A stretch of DNA of 64,000 nucleotides from Thermoanaerobaculia bacterium (GCA_963666565.1 OY762911.1:1920001-1984000); one strand, 5' to 3'. Shown: positions 1 to 10,315, counted from the first letter of the stretch. Notes: generated by a model from the letters alone, not told the origin. A program made the numbers and translations.

Positions 1-1083
1 CTTCGGCTTCCGGCCGTTCAGGAGAGCGTAGGCGTCGAGGGCCTCGCCGATGGGAAGCCGGTGCGTTACCAGCGCCGCCGGCGTCACCTTGCCCTGCTCG
101 GCCAGCCAGAGGAAGCTCTCCATGTTGCGCTGCTCGGTGAAGCGCACGTGCGCGAACGGGTAGTCGTGCCCCTGCTCTTCGTAGACGGGGTCGTAGCGGC
201 CCGGTCCGGCGGAAGTCGACAGGCGCAGGTCGAGCTCCTTGCGGTAGAACGGTTCGCGCGGCACGTTCAGACCGACCAGGCCGACGACGACCACCCGGCC
301 GCCGCGGCGCGACATCTCCGCCGCGGTCGCTACCGGTTCGGCGCTTGGCGTGGCGGCGGCCACGATCACGGCGTCCGCGCCGCGGCCGTCCGTGAACGCT
401 TCGCACGCGGCGAAGCCTCCCTCGACCACCGCGACGTCGACGCCCAACCGGCGGGCCAGAGCGACTCGCTTGCCGTCGGGGTCGACGCCCAGCACCGCGC
501 AGCCGTTCGCCTTCAGGATCTGCGCCGTCAGCAGGCCGATCAGCCCCAGGCCGATCACCGCGACCCGCTCGCCGATGCGGGGCTCGGCCTGCCGCACGCC
601 CTGCATCGCGATGGCGCCGACGGTGGCGAACGCGCCGTCCGCCCAGGAGACGCCCACGGGGATTCGCGCGCACAGGTTGCGGGGCACGGCGTTGAACTCG
701 GCGTGGGCGGCGTAGCCCGCGCCCGCCACCGCGACGCGATCTCCCGGCCGCAGGCCGCCCGCCTCGGCACCCGCCTCGACCACCTCGCCGGCAGCCGAGT
801 AGCCCAGGGGAAGCACCTCGTCCAGGGTCGCCCGGACCTTCTCCGCCGTCGCGCCGATTCCCTCCGCGCGCGCCTTGCCGAGCACCTGCCGCACCAGGTC
901 GGGGCGCGCCTTCGACTTGCCGAGAAGACTCTTGCGCGCGAGGTCGAGCACCTGCCGCTCCGTGCCGGACGACACGACGCTGCAGCGGGTCCGGACGAGC
1001 ACGCCGCCTGGTGGGCAGGCCGGCGCGGGCGTTTCCGCCAACCGCACGTCGCCGTTTCGGCGGGAGTAGACGACCTGCTTCAC
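1..1083 (-). CDS. Bi-domain oxidoreductase of polysaccharide loci (Zn-ADH-like N-terminal part; runs off window start)
   Basis: Not in ORF track because it has no stop in the window. Manual translation from GTG 1083 gives MKQVVYSRRNGDVRLAETPAP...SVVSSGTE...PLGYSAAG...VIGLGLIG...FYRKELDLRLSTSAGPGRYDPVYEEQGHDYP, typical of this family. Confidence 0.85.
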   Translation of the reverse strand, partial: MKQVVYSRRNGDVRLAETPAPACPPGGVLVRTRCSVVSSGTERQVLDLARKSLLGKSKARPDLVRQVLGKARAEGIGATAEKVRATLDEVLPLGYSAAGEVVEAGAEAGGLRPGDRVAVAGAGYAAHAEFNAVPRNLCARIPVGVSWADGAFATVGAIAMQGVRQAEPRIGERVAVIGLGLIGLLTAQILKANGCAVLGVDPDGKRVALARRLGVDVAVVEGGFAACEAFTDGRGADAVIVAAATPSAEPVATAAEMSRRGGRVVVVGLVGLNVPREPFYRKELDLRLSTSAGPGRYDPVYEEQGHDYPFAHVRFTEQRNMESFLWLAEQGKVTPAALVTHRLPIGEALDAYALLNGRKPK

Positions 1084-1221
1084 GGTGGGTGGGATGCTAC
1101 AGGGATTGTGACCCTAGCGGGACGATTTCATGTAGATTGAGTGCATTGCTTGCATGGAGCCGGCTGCAGCCGGAGGCAGGAGACGCGCACAGCCGGCGAT
1201 GGGCTGCGTATCATCGGCTTC

Positions 1222-2502
1222 ATGGAGCAGGGGTCGAAGAGCGCGGTGGAGAGCCCGGCGGCCGGTGCCGAACGCCGGCCGATCAGGCTGGCCACGATCG
1301 TCAGTCATCCCATCCAGCATTTCTGCCCACAGTACGCAAGCTGGGCGCGGCTTGACGGTGTCGACCCCCAAGTCTTCTTCGCGTCGCGACAGGGTCTTGA
1401 ACCGTACCACGACGCGGACTTCGCCACGAGCGTCCGGTGGCGGGATCTGGCGCTCGACTTCCCGCACGAATTCCTGCCCGGCGCGGGCGATCGGCCGGTG
1501 ACTGCGAGGCTGGACGCGCCGGAAGTGGAGGAGCGGCTCGCCGCCTTCCGGCCTCACTGCGTTCTGGTCTACGGCTACGTGCAGCGCTTGCAGCGCCGGG
1601 CCGCCCGCTGGGCCCGCAGCGAGGGCGTGCCCGTCATGATGATTTCGGACTCCGAACTCCGGCAGAAGCGAAGCTGGCCCCGGCGGGCGGTCAAGGCGCT
1701 CGCGTTGCCGCCTCTCCTGCGGCGAGTCGACCGGTTCCTGACGATCGGCGACGCGAACGAGGCCTACCTGCGCCGCTACGGCGTGGCGGACGAGAAGTTC
1801 GTCCGCTGTCCCTTCTCCATCGACGTCGCCGCGGCGGATCGGGCTCTCGCCCGCCGCGACGATCGGCGCGCCGCCGTGCGCGACCGGCATGGCATTCCCG
1901 CCGGCCACCTCGTCGTCCTGATGGCCGGCAAGCTGATTGCGAGGAAGCGGCAACGGGACCTGGTCGCCTTCTCGAACCGCGTTCGCGCGGCGCGCGACGA
2001 CGTGACCGTGATCCTGGCCGGCTCGGGTCCCGATGAGGCGAGCCTGCGGCGTCAGGCGCGGGATCACGGTCCCGGCGGCGTCGTCTTCGCCGGTTTCGTC
2101 CAGCCGCGAAGCCTGGCGCACTACTACTGCGCGGCCGACGCGTACGTCCACTGCGCCGAGAAGGACCCGCACCCGCTCGCGGTCACCGAAGCCGTCTACG
2201 CCGGGTTGCCGGTCGTGCTCTCCCATCGCTGCGGCAACCACGGGCCGGCGGACGAGGTGAGGTCCGGCCTGAACGGCTACGTCTACCGGTGCGGCGACGT
2301 GCGGGCGCTCGAAGCGGCCCTGGCGCGGATCCTCGACTCCCGCGAGCGCCGCGAGTCGATGGCGCGGGCGTCCCGGCGGATCGGCCGCGCGAACCAGCGC
2401 CTGGCGCACGGCGAAGGACTCCTGCAGGCGCTCGACAGTCTTCAGGTCGCGACGGGCGGCTGGTCGTCGCGACCTGACGGCGCGCCGATCGAGGTTTCGT
2501 GA
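1222..2502 (+). CDS. Glycosyltransferase family 4
   Basis: SHPIQHFCP N-terminus, GKLIARKR, EKDPHPLAVTEA C-terminal motif. Start set at ATG 1222, which has TATCAT 7 nt upstream. Confidence 0.85.
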   Translation: MEQGSKSAVESPAAGAERRPIRLATIVSHPIQHFCPQYASWARLDGVDPQVFFASRQGLEPYHDADFATSVRWRDLALDFPHEFLPGAGDRPVTARLDAPEVEERLAAFRPHCVLVYGYVQRLQRRAARWARSEGVPVMMISDSELRQKRSWPRRAVKALALPPLLRRVDRFLTIGDANEAYLRRYGVADEKFVRCPFSIDVAAADRALARRDDRRAAVRDRHGIPAGHLVVLMAGKLIARKRQRDLVAFSNRVRAARDDVTVILAGSGPDEASLRRQARDHGPGGVVFAGFVQPRSLAHYYCAADAYVHCAEKDPHPLAVTEAVYAGLPVVLSHRCGNHGPADEVRSGLNGYVYRCGDVRALEAALARILDSRERRESMARASRRIGRANQRLAHGEGLLQALDSLQVATGGWSSRPDGAPIEVS

Positions 2503-3710
2503 ACGGGTACCCGGATCGGGCGCGCGTCCTCCCGCCCGGCGGCGCCGCTTCCGGGCCGACCGTCATCCATGTGACGCCTTCGGTGTCCCGCGAATCCAGC
2601 GGGCCGACCTACACGGTGGTCCGCCTGTGCGAGTCGATGATTGCGGCCGGCGCCGACGCCGAAGTGGCCACTCCCGACGTCGACCCGAACCGGCAGCCGC
2701 CGGCCTTCGTGCGCCAGTTCCCGCCTGGGCGCGGGCCACGGCTGCTGGGGAACTCGCCCGCACTCCGGCGGTGGTTGGGCGCCCAGGCGGGTTCAGGACG
2801 CGCCGCGATCCTGCATGCCCACGGCCTCTGGCGGATGAGCGTCGTCTATCCGGCCTGGGCCGTGCGCAAGGGCGGCGCGACACTGATCGTCTCTCCCCGG
2901 GGGACGCTCTCGCCGTGGGCGATGCGCCATCACGCCGCGTCCAAGCTGCCGTTCTGGGCCGCCCTGCAGCGGTCCGCCATGAAGCGGGCGGCCTGCTTCC
3001 ACGCCACCTCCGAACAGGAGTACGAAGACGTGCGCCGGCTCGGGTTCCGCCAGCCGGTCGCCGTCATTCCGAACGGCGTCGATCTTCCGGCCCCGGCCGC
3101 GGCGCCGCGCGGCGAGGCCAGGACCCTCCTTTTCCTGGGGCGCCTGCACCCGGTCAAGGGCGTGGACGCGCTGATCGACGCGTGGCGCCTCGTGCAGGAC
3201 CGGTTCCCGGTCTGGCGGCTCCTGATCGCCGGCAACGACATCGACGGCCGGGGCCGCAGCGGCTACGCGGACACGCTTCGGCGCCGCGTCGCCGAGCGAG
3301 GCGCGGAACGCGTGCGCTTCGCGGGCGAACTGCGCGGCGAGGCGAAGTGGGAGGCATACAGCCGGGCCGAGCTCTACGTGCTGCCGTCGCATTCCGAGAA
3401 CTTCGGCGTGACCGTCGCCGAGGCGCTGGCCTCGGCCACGCCCGTCGTCACCACGCGCGCCACGCCATGGCGTGCGCTGGAGGCCCGCGGTGCCGGCTGG
3501 TGCATCGAGACGGGGGCGGCGCCCCTCGCCGAAACCCTCCGCGATGCGCTGGCCCGCGACCCGGTCGACCTGGCCGCGATGGGGCGGCGGGGGAGGCGAT
3601 GGATGGCGGCGGACTACTCGTGGCCCGACATCGGTCGGCGGATGGTCGCCACTTGCGACTGGCTGCGGGGCGCCCGGGCGGAGAAGCCCGAGTGGGTGCG
3701 GACCGACTGA
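2499..3710 (+). CDS. Glycosyltransferase family 4 (Bme6-like)
   Basis: HAHGLW, SPRGTL, FLGRLHPVKG, PSHSENFGVTVAEALA; GTGA overlap with upstream gene. Confidence 0.9.
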   Translation: MNGYPDRARVLPPGGAASGPTVIHVTPSVSRESSGPTYTVVRLCESMIAAGADAEVATPDVDPNRQPPAFVRQFPPGRGPRLLGNSPALRRWLGAQAGSGRAAILHAHGLWRMSVVYPAWAVRKGGATLIVSPRGTLSPWAMRHHAASKLPFWAALQRSAMKRAACFHATSEQEYEDVRRLGFRQPVAVIPNGVDLPAPAAAPRGEARTLLFLGRLHPVKGVDALIDAWRLVQDRFPVWRLLIAGNDIDGRGRSGYADTLRRRVAERGAERVRFAGELRGEAKWEAYSRAELYVLPSHSENFGVTVAEALASATPVVTTRATPWRALEARGAGWCIETGAAPLAETLRDALARDPVDLAAMGRRGRRWMAADYSWPDIGRRMVATCDWLRGARAEKPEWVRTD

Positions 3711-3718
3711 CGAACACC

Positions 3719-3760
3719 GGGTGCGCGGGTCCTCTGACCCGCTGCCGCCGATGGCGGCCG
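3719..3760 (+). repeat. REP-like palindrome, arm A type, between convergent genes
   Basis: GGGTGCGCGGGTCCTCTGACCCGC followed by TGCCGCCGATGGCGGCC. Confidence 0.85.
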
Positions 3761-3810
3761 GGGACCCGTGCCAGCCGGAAGGCCGGTGCCGCTCCGGCGG
3801 CGGCTGTCGA

Positions 3811-4848
3811 TCACGAAGCCCGGAACTTCTCGACGATGACCGCGGCCCGGTGCGACCAGCGGTTTTCGCGCACGCAGCGCTCGTGCCCGGCCTCGGCGAT
3901 GCGGACGCGCTCCGCTTCGTTGTCCAGGTAGTGGCGGACCTTCTCGACCAGCTCGTCCGGACCGTCGAAGCAGGCCACTTCCCGCCCCTCCTCGAAGAAC
4001 CGGGCCAGTTCCTCCGTCCGTTGGTGCAGCATGAACCCGCCGCTGGCCGGCAAATGGAAGGTGCGGTCGGTGATGCGGTCGCCGGCACTTGCGCCGGGCC
4101 TTCTCTCCGAGAGCAAGCCGAGGTTGATCCGCGATTCGCCGATCGCCAGGGCGTAGAAGTCGCCGTAGATGGGGCCGCCCCGGACGGCGCGGCGCAACGC
4201 GGCGGATTCGGTCCGCTCCCATTCGTCCCCCCAGACGGCCAGCCTCTCCGGCCCGATGTCTTCGGCGAGGGCCGCCAGCAGCCTCTCCTTGTGGGGTGTC
4301 CGCCGGCCCAGGAACGACACGTCCGGCGCGTCGGTCAGGGTTTGGACGGAGGCGAGTGGCCGGTGGATGAGCGGGTCGGAGGCGTGCGGCAGGTACGACG
4401 CGTTCGCGAGGCCGAACCGGGTCTCGATGTCGACGACGTTGGACGAGTGAGCCCCGAAGATGTGATCGAAGAGGGGGAAGATGCCTCGGTCCAGACCCCA
4501 GTGGCCCGCCAACGAACCGTCCGGCCAGAAGTTGCACGACCAGACGCCGCGCCGATGCGCTTCGGCCATGGTTGCCGGGGCGAGCCCCGTTCCTTTGAAC
4601 ACCACCAGGAAGTCGGGCCGCAAGCGACGGACCGACTCGCGCACGCGGCGGTTGAACTGCGATCGGTACAGCGGGCTCATGGCGCGCCGAGCGGCGCGAG
4701 CGGCCGGGGAGCCGTCGACGGCGGGGAAGAAGCGGTCCCAGCCGACGAGCTCCACCGCGTGGCCGAGTTCCCGGAATCCCCGGACCAGGCCGGTGCAGTC
4801 CGAGCCGTGCCAGCTTTCGCCGACGACGACGATGCGCAGTGCAGTCAG
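3811..4848 (-). CDS. CgeB-like / Glyco_trans_1_2 glycosyltransferase
   Basis: LRIVVVGESWHGS...DVSFLG...SRINLGLL...TDRTFHLPASGGFMLHQRT...EGREVACF...ELVEKVRHYL. Probable CTG start overlapping the upstream stop (CTGA). Confidence 0.8.
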   Translation of the reverse strand: MTALRIVVVGESWHGSDCTGLVRGFRELGHAVELVGWDRFFPAVDGSPAARAARRAMSPLYRSQFNRRVRESVRRLRPDFLVVFKGTGLAPATMAEAHRRGVWSCNFWPDGSLAGHWGLDRGIFPLFDHIFGAHSSNVVDIETRFGLANASYLPHASDPLIHRPLASVQTLTDAPDVSFLGRRTPHKERLLAALAEDIGPERLAVWGDEWERTESAALRRAVRGGPIYGDFYALAIGESRINLGLLSERRPGASAGDRITDRTFHLPASGGFMLHQRTEELARFFEEGREVACFDGPDELVEKVRHYLDNEAERVRIAEAGHERCVRENRWSHRAAVIVEKFRAS

Positions 4849-6419
4849 GCTCGCCTCACCCTCAGCCTGGCGGGAGCGGACGGCGGACGATAGCCGAGGA
4901 CCCGCCGCGCAGCGTACTGCAGTGGTACGAAGACGATGAACAGGTAGAGGTACAGCGGGAAGCTGCCGAGCATCGCGCTCTCGAACCAGCGGAACCCTTC
5001 GTGGCACAGAATGAGGCAGCCCATCGCTGCTACCGGGTTCAGCAGCCACTGGTCGCGGAACAGCAACCAGACCAGCGCGAAGCCGCCGCCGGTCAGGGCG
5101 CACCCCAAGGCCAGCGCCGGGTAGCCGCCCCACCAGTAGTACGCGCCCTGCAGGGTGACGGCGGTGGAACTCGTGGCGCTCTCGGCGCTGCCGGCCTCGC
5201 CCAGGATCACCGTGAACTCGCGCCCGAACGAGACCTGCGGCTTGCCGGGCCAGAGGACGCGCGGCGTGACGGCCACCATGAGATCCTCGAAGAAGCTCTC
5301 CTGGCGGGTGCCGGCCACCTCCACGTGGCGGTACACCCAGGCGGTAAAGGGGGTGAGGGACATGCGCGCGATCAGTCTCCAGGCGCCGCGCGGAAACTGG
5401 TGCGTCTCGGCGAAGCCCTCCGTGCCGGGCACGGCGCCGCGGAGGGCGTCGGCCAGGAACGGCGTTACCGGCACGTCGTAGCGGAGCGCCGGCGCCTGCC
5501 CCGCGCCCGCCTGCCGCAGCGCGTCCCGGTGCGGCGGCGAGTAGGTTCCCACGACGAACAGAAAGAAGCCGGCTACCGCCACAACCGTGGCGAGCGCCCG
5601 GCGGCGGGAGAACCGCTCCCGCGACCACCTTCGCGCTCGCCGGTTGGTCGCCACCAGCACCAGCGGCAAGGCGGCGATCAGGATGTCGGACTTCATGTAG
5701 GAGTAGAGCCCGTCCACCACGTCCAGCGCCAGGAAGAGAAGCGCGACGACGGCGCGCGGCCAGGAGGGCCCTCCCTCGCCCGAGTTCATCGCGGCTACGA
5801 GCATGAGGCAGACGCCGGCGGCCACGCCGTAGTCCGGCACGAAGTTGCCCAGCCTGCCCATTCCGCTCAGCGGCAGCCAAGGTTCGGAAAGGCGCAGCGC
5901 GCCGCTCGCGGCGGAGGTGGCCAGACCCGCGGACCACACGCGCGGCCACAGGTCCGGCGCGATCGTGGCCGCCGCGGGCGGGCGGGGGCGGAACCGGGAG
6001 GCGACCAGAAAGTACCCCGCGACGACGCACCAGTCTCCCAGCAGCACCAGCCAGTGCCCTCGCATGAGGTACTCGGACACGTCCACGCGGCCAAGCGTGA
6101 AGAAACGCTGTTCTTCGGCCGCCAGCGCGACGACCAGGAAGAACGCTCCGGCGCCGAGCCGGAGGACGCAGGCGCCGAGATAGAACAGGATCGGACTGGG
6201 CCGGTAGCCGTTCCACCGGTACTCCGCGACCACGAACCAGGCGTAGAGCGCCACCGCCGCCAAGCCGCTCGAGGTCAGGACGAAGGCGTCGTAGCCCGAG
6301 TCCAGCATCAAGCCGAACCAGGCGACGTGTACGAGCTGCACCGCCGGCAGAACGAAGCGGTGCCTTGCGGTGGCGCGCGCCGGCCGGATACGGGGCCCGT
6401 TCGCACGCGGCTCGATCAC
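4845..6419 (-). CDS. Multi-pass membrane protein, putative Wzy-like polymerase (paralog 2)
   Basis: Many hydrophobic segments, large periplasmic loop ending PRVLWPGKP...TLQGAYYWWGG, located in glycan locus; GTG start overlaps upstream stop. Confidence 0.6.
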   Translation of the reverse strand: MIEPRANGPRIRPARATARHRFVLPAVQLVHVAWFGLMLDSGYDAFVLTSSGLAAVALYAWFVVAEYRWNGYRPSPILFYLGACVLRLGAGAFFLVVALAAEEQRFFTLGRVDVSEYLMRGHWLVLLGDWCVVAGYFLVASRFRPRPPAAATIAPDLWPRVWSAGLATSAASGALRLSEPWLPLSGMGRLGNFVPDYGVAAGVCLMLVAAMNSGEGGPSWPRAVVALLFLALDVVDGLYSYMKSDILIAALPLVLVATNRRARRWSRERFSRRRALATVVAVAGFFLFVVGTYSPPHRDALRQAGAGQAPALRYDVPVTPFLADALRGAVPGTEGFAETHQFPRGAWRLIARMSLTPFTAWVYRHVEVAGTRQESFFEDLMVAVTPRVLWPGKPQVSFGREFTVILGEAGSAESATSSTAVTLQGAYYWWGGYPALALGCALTGGGFALVWLLFRDQWLLNPVAAMGCLILCHEGFRWFESAMLGSFPLYLYLFIVFVPLQYAARRVLGYRPPSAPARLRVRRA

Positions 6420-7999
6420 ACCGGCATCCTCCGCAGTCTGGCTGGAGGCGGCGACGGACGATAGCCGAGGACCCGCCGCGCCGCGTACTGCAGCGGCACG
6501 AAGACGATGAACAGATAGAGGTACAGGGGGAAGCTGCCGAGCATCGCGCTCTCGAACCAGCGGAAACCCTCGTGGCACAGCACGAGGGAGCCCATGGCGG
6601 CCACCGGGTTCAGCAGCCATTGGTCGCGGAACATCGCCCACACGAACGCGAAGCCCGCGCCGGTCAGGGCGCACCCCAGCGCCAGCGCCGGGTAGCCGCC
6701 CCACCAGTAGTAGGCGCCCTGCAGGGTGACGGCGGTCGAGCTCACGGCGCTGTCGACGCTGCGCGCGTCTCCGAGGATCACCGTGAACTCCCGTCCGAAC
6801 GCGACGTCCGGTTTGTCAGGCCAGACGAAACGCGGCACGATGGCCGCCAGGAGTTCCTCCAGGAAGCTCTCGTCGCGGGTGCCCGTCGTCTCCACGTGGC
6901 GGTACACCCAGGCCGCGTAGGGCGTGAGGGACATGCGCGAGATCAGCTTCCAGGCGCCGTTCGGGAAGCGGTGCGTCTCGGCGAAACTCGCGGTGCCGGG
7001 CACGGCGCTGCGCAGCGCGTTGCCGAGGTACGGCGTCACCGCCACGTCGTAGCGGACCGTCGGCGACTCCCCCACGCCGGCGCTCCGCAGCGCGTCCCGG
7101 CGGGGCGGCGAGTAGGCCGCCACGACGAACAGGAAGAAGCAGCTCGCCAGGAGCGCGGTGGAAAGGGCACGGCCGCCGAAGAAGCGCTCCGACCGCCATC
7201 GTCGGGCGCGACGGTCGGTCGCCACCAGCACCAGCGGCAACAGGGCAATCAGGATGTCGGCCTTCATGTAGGAGTAGAACCCGTCCACCACGTCGAACGC
7301 CAGGAAGGCGACCGCGACGGCGACCCGCGGCCACGACGGCCGCCCCTCGCCCGAGTTCATCGCGGCCACCAGCATGAGGCAGACGCCGGCAGCCACGCCG
7401 TAGTCCGTCGCGAAAGCGGCCAGTTGGCCCGCCCCGACCAACGTGATCCAGGTCTCCGTCGCGCGCAGCGCGACGCTGGCGCCGGCGGTGACGAGCCCCG
7501 CCGTCCACACCCGCGGCCACAGGTCCGGCGCAACCGCCGCCGCCGCGGGCGGGCGAGGTCGGAGCCGGGAAGCGACCAGGAAGTAACCCGCGACGACGAA
7601 CCAGTCCCCGAGCAGGGTCAGCCAGTGCCCCTGCATGAGGTAGTCGGACACGTCCAGTTGGCCGACCGTGAGGAAGGATCGCAAGCGGGCATTCGTCGCC
7701 GCGACGACGAACACCGCGGACGCGCCGAGGCGCAGGACGGAGGCGCCGAGGTAGAAGAGAATCGGCGTGGGCCGGTTGCCGTTCCACTGGTACTCCGCGA
7801 TCACGAACCATGCGTACAGCGCGGCCGACGCCACGCCGCTTCCGACGAGGGCGAAGGCGTCGTAGCCGGCGCTCAGCGTCGAAGCGAACCACGCGAGGTG
7901 GGCGAGCTGCAGCGCCGGCAAGACGATCCGGTGGCGCGCCGAGGCGGGCGCCGGTCGGCCGTCGTTCGCTTTCGGGCGGGCCGTGAGGCAGCGAATCAC
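6416..7999 (-). CDS. Multi-pass membrane protein, putative Wzy-like polymerase (paralog 1)
   Basis: Colinear tandem paralog of 4845-6419 (PRFVWPDKP...TLQGAYYWWGG; near-identical C-terminus). Confidence 0.6.
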   Translation of the reverse strand: MIRCLTARPKANDGRPAPASARHRIVLPALQLAHLAWFASTLSAGYDAFALVGSGVASAALYAWFVIAEYQWNGNRPTPILFYLGASVLRLGASAVFVVAATNARLRSFLTVGQLDVSDYLMQGHWLTLLGDWFVVAGYFLVASRLRPRPPAAAAVAPDLWPRVWTAGLVTAGASVALRATETWITLVGAGQLAAFATDYGVAAGVCLMLVAAMNSGEGRPSWPRVAVAVAFLAFDVVDGFYSYMKADILIALLPLVLVATDRRARRWRSERFFGGRALSTALLASCFFLFVVAAYSPPRRDALRSAGVGESPTVRYDVAVTPYLGNALRSAVPGTASFAETHRFPNGAWKLISRMSLTPYAAWVYRHVETTGTRDESFLEELLAAIVPRFVWPDKPDVAFGREFTVILGDARSVDSAVSSTAVTLQGAYYWWGGYPALALGCALTGAGFAFVWAMFRDQWLLNPVAAMGSLVLCHEGFRWFESAMLGSFPLYLYLFIVFVPLQYAARRVLGYRPSPPPARLRRMPV

Positions 8000-8003
8000 G
8001 ATC

Positions 8004-9194
8004 TCAGTCTACGCGGATCCACTCGGGCCGCCGCGCCCGGCCGCGAAGCCAGGCGTAGGCGGCGGCGATTCGGCGCCCGGCCGCGTCCCGCACGAAGTCG
8101 GCGGCCATCCAGTCTCGTCCCGCCGACCCCATCTCACGCAGGCGCGCCGGTTCGGCGGCGAGCGCCTCCTTCAGGCAGGCGGCCAGCGCGTCGACGCCCG
8201 GGCGGATCCACCAGCCCGCGCCCCGGGCTTCCAGCTCCGGCCACGGAGAAGCGGTCGTCGTGATCACGGGCGTGCCAGCCGCCAAGGCCTCCGCCACGGT
8301 GAACCCGAAGTTTTCCGAGCGGGTCGGCAGGACGTAGAGCTGCGCCTCGGCGTAAGCCTCGTCCCGGGCGGGCCCGGTCAGCTCCCCGGCAAAGACCACG
8401 CGGTCGGCGCCGCGATCCGTCGCGTGGCGGCGCATCGCGTCCAGGTAGCCGCGTGGGTCGAAGTCGGTCCCGGCGATCACGACCCGCCACCGCGGGAAGC
8501 GGTCCTGCACCAGCCGCCAGGCGTCGATCAGCGTGTCAACTCCCTTCGTCGGATGGATCCGGGCGAGGAACAGCAGAACGCGGTCGCCTCCATCGGTGGC
8601 GTCGGGCACCGGCCGCCGCTGCGGCGGCAGGCCTACTCCGTAGGGCGAAACCGCGACCGGCTGGGAGAAGCCGAGCCGCCGGATGTCCTCGTACTCCGCC
8701 TCCGAGGCGGCGTGCCAGCAGGTGGCTCGTTCCAGCGCGGGCCGCTGCAGGACCCGCCAGAACGGCCGCTTCACCTGCGCCCGGAATCGCATGGCCCAGG
8801 GCGCCAGCGAGCCGTGTGGCGCGACGACGAAGGCGGCGCCGGCGACGCGGGCGATGGAGGCTGGCTGGACCGTGCTCATGCGCCACAGGCCGTGGACGTG
8901 GACCACGTCGGCCCGGCCGCCGCGCAGCTCCGCGGCGAGCCACCGGCGCAGCGTCGGCGAGCGGCCGAGCCGGCGCGGACCGAGGCCGCGGGGAAAGTCC
9001 CGGGCGAACGGGGGCAACGCGTTCGCGTCGCCCTCGACGGTGGCCAGGACCACGCTCTCGCCGGCGGCCCGCAGCCCGTCGCACAACTGAAGCACGGCGG
9101 CCGAGATGCCGCTCGACGCGCCGGCGATGCCCGGCGCGATCTGGATCGACGCCGCGTTCGCGGCGGCGGGAGTCGTCGGAAGAGCCACGGTCAA
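8004..9194 (-). CDS. Glycosyltransferase family 4 (Bme6-like), paralog of 2499-3710
   Basis: HVHGLW, FLARIHPTKG, PTRSENFGFTVAEALA; TTG start. Confidence 0.9.
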   Translation of the reverse strand: MTVALPTTPAAANAASIQIAPGIAGASSGISAAVLQLCDGLRAAGESVVLATVEGDANALPPFARDFPRGLGPRRLGRSPTLRRWLAAELRGGRADVVHVHGLWRMSTVQPASIARVAGAAFVVAPHGSLAPWAMRFRAQVKRPFWRVLQRPALERATCWHAASEAEYEDIRRLGFSQPVAVSPYGVGLPPQRRPVPDATDGGDRVLLFLARIHPTKGVDTLIDAWRLVQDRFPRWRVVIAGTDFDPRGYLDAMRRHATDRGADRVVFAGELTGPARDEAYAEAQLYVLPTRSENFGFTVAEALAAGTPVITTTASPWPELEARGAGWWIRPGVDALAACLKEALAAEPARLREMGSAGRDWMAADFVRDAAGRRIAAAYAWLRGRARRPEWIRVD

Positions 9195-9200
9195 CGCGCG

Positions 9201-9210
9201 AGTGTATGTT
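9201..9210. promoter_or_regulatory. Overlapping back-to-back -10 boxes for two divergent, probably leaderless genes
   Basis: Minus strand TACACT (9206-9201) lies 6 nt before TTG 9194; plus strand TATGTT (9205-9210) lies 7 nt before GTG 9218. Confidence 0.6.
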
Positions 9211-9217
9211 CAGCATC

Positions 9218-10201
9218 GTGTCGACTTCGCTGATCGTCCCCACCCTGAACCGGCCGGACGACGTCGTCCGCCTCCTGCGCTCGGTCGAACGGCTCGATCC
9301 CGGCTTCGACGAGATCATCCTGGTGGAGCAGGGCGACGCACGCCGCACCCGCGCCGTGGCCGACCGGTTTCCGGCCCTGGCGATCACGGTGGCCACGCTT
9401 GCCGAGCCGTCCGCCGCCCGTGCCCGCAACGCGGGCGTCGAAAGAGCCGGCGGCGACTACGTGTTCTTCATCGACGACGATACCGAGCTGCCGCCCGACT
9501 ACGTGCGTGCCGCCCTGGACGGTTTCGGGGCTCATCCGGAGGCGCTTGGCCTGACCGGAACGATGCGGCACGGCGTGCCCGTCCGGCACTCGGCGGCCAG
9601 GCGGCTCTTCCACCGCTGCCTGTACACGCTGTTGCTGGTGCAGGCATGGCGTTCGAACCGGGTGCTGCGGTCCGGCATCAACTGCTTCGCCCGGGGCGCG
9701 CCGGAACCCCCGTGCCCGGCGCACGAGGTGGAGTGGCTTCCGGGCTGCCACGCCGCGTACCGCCGGCGCGTGTTCGACGAGGGCCTCCGTTTCGACCCGG
9801 TCTTCGTCCGCTGGGGTTTCTGCAACGACACGATGCTGTCCTACCAGGTCCACAAGCGCTACGGCCCGGGTTCGCTGCGATTCGAGCCCGCCTTCGCCCT
9901 CGTACATCACGAGAGTCCGGACGGCAGCCAGTCCGCCGAAGAGGCGGTGCGGATGATGGTCGTCGACCAGTTCGTCTTCTGGCGGCGTGAGGTGTACCGC
10001 GGGTCGCCGCTGAACCTGCTGTGCTACCTCGCGGCCCAGCCCGGCTTCGTGCTGTTCCACTGGGCCGGCCGGTGCTCGACGGGCCGCCTGCGGAGTCTCC
10101 GGGCGGCGGCTTGGGCCTACCTGTTCCTGCTGCGCCGCTGGCGCGAGGTGGCCGACGGCCGCGTCGAGTACCACCGCTTCCTGCTGGACGCGAACCCATG
10201 A
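9218..10201 (+). CDS. Glycosyltransferase family 2 (paralog 1 of 4)
   Basis: SLIVPTLNR, ARNAG, FFIDDD (DxD), NRVLRSG, EWLPGC. Confidence 0.88.
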   Translation: MSTSLIVPTLNRPDDVVRLLRSVERLDPGFDEIILVEQGDARRTRAVADRFPALAITVATLAEPSAARARNAGVERAGGDYVFFIDDDTELPPDYVRAALDGFGAHPEALGLTGTMRHGVPVRHSAARRLFHRCLYTLLLVQAWRSNRVLRSGINCFARGAPEPPCPAHEVEWLPGCHAAYRRRVFDEGLRFDPVFVRWGFCNDTMLSYQVHKRYGPGSLRFEPAFALVHHESPDGSQSAEEAVRMMVVDQFVFWRREVYRGSPLNLLCYLAAQPGFVLFHWAGRCSTGRLRSLRAAAWAYLFLLRRWREVADGRVEYHRFLLDANP

Positions 10202-10224
10202 AGTCGCCAATCGTGCGTCACCGG

Positions 10225-10309
10225 GACCGGGCGAACCGATGCCTGGGAGCGACTCATCGCGGCCGTTTGCGCCAGCGGGGCGCCGCCCGCTCGCGGGTTG
10301 CAGAAGTAG
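10225..10309 (+). pseudogene. 3'-end remnant of a WabH-like GT4
   Basis: Encodes DRA-(+1 nt)-DAWERLIAAVC..., matching the C-termini DRAVDAWERLIAEVC and DRTVDAWERLLTAVC of the GT4s at 21363 and 16341. Confidence 0.6.
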
Positions 10310-10315
10310 CTGGCC

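Noticed and set aside
61-1140. 359-aa plus-strand ORF
   Set aside because: Antisense shadow of the minus-strand oxidoreductase at 1-1083.
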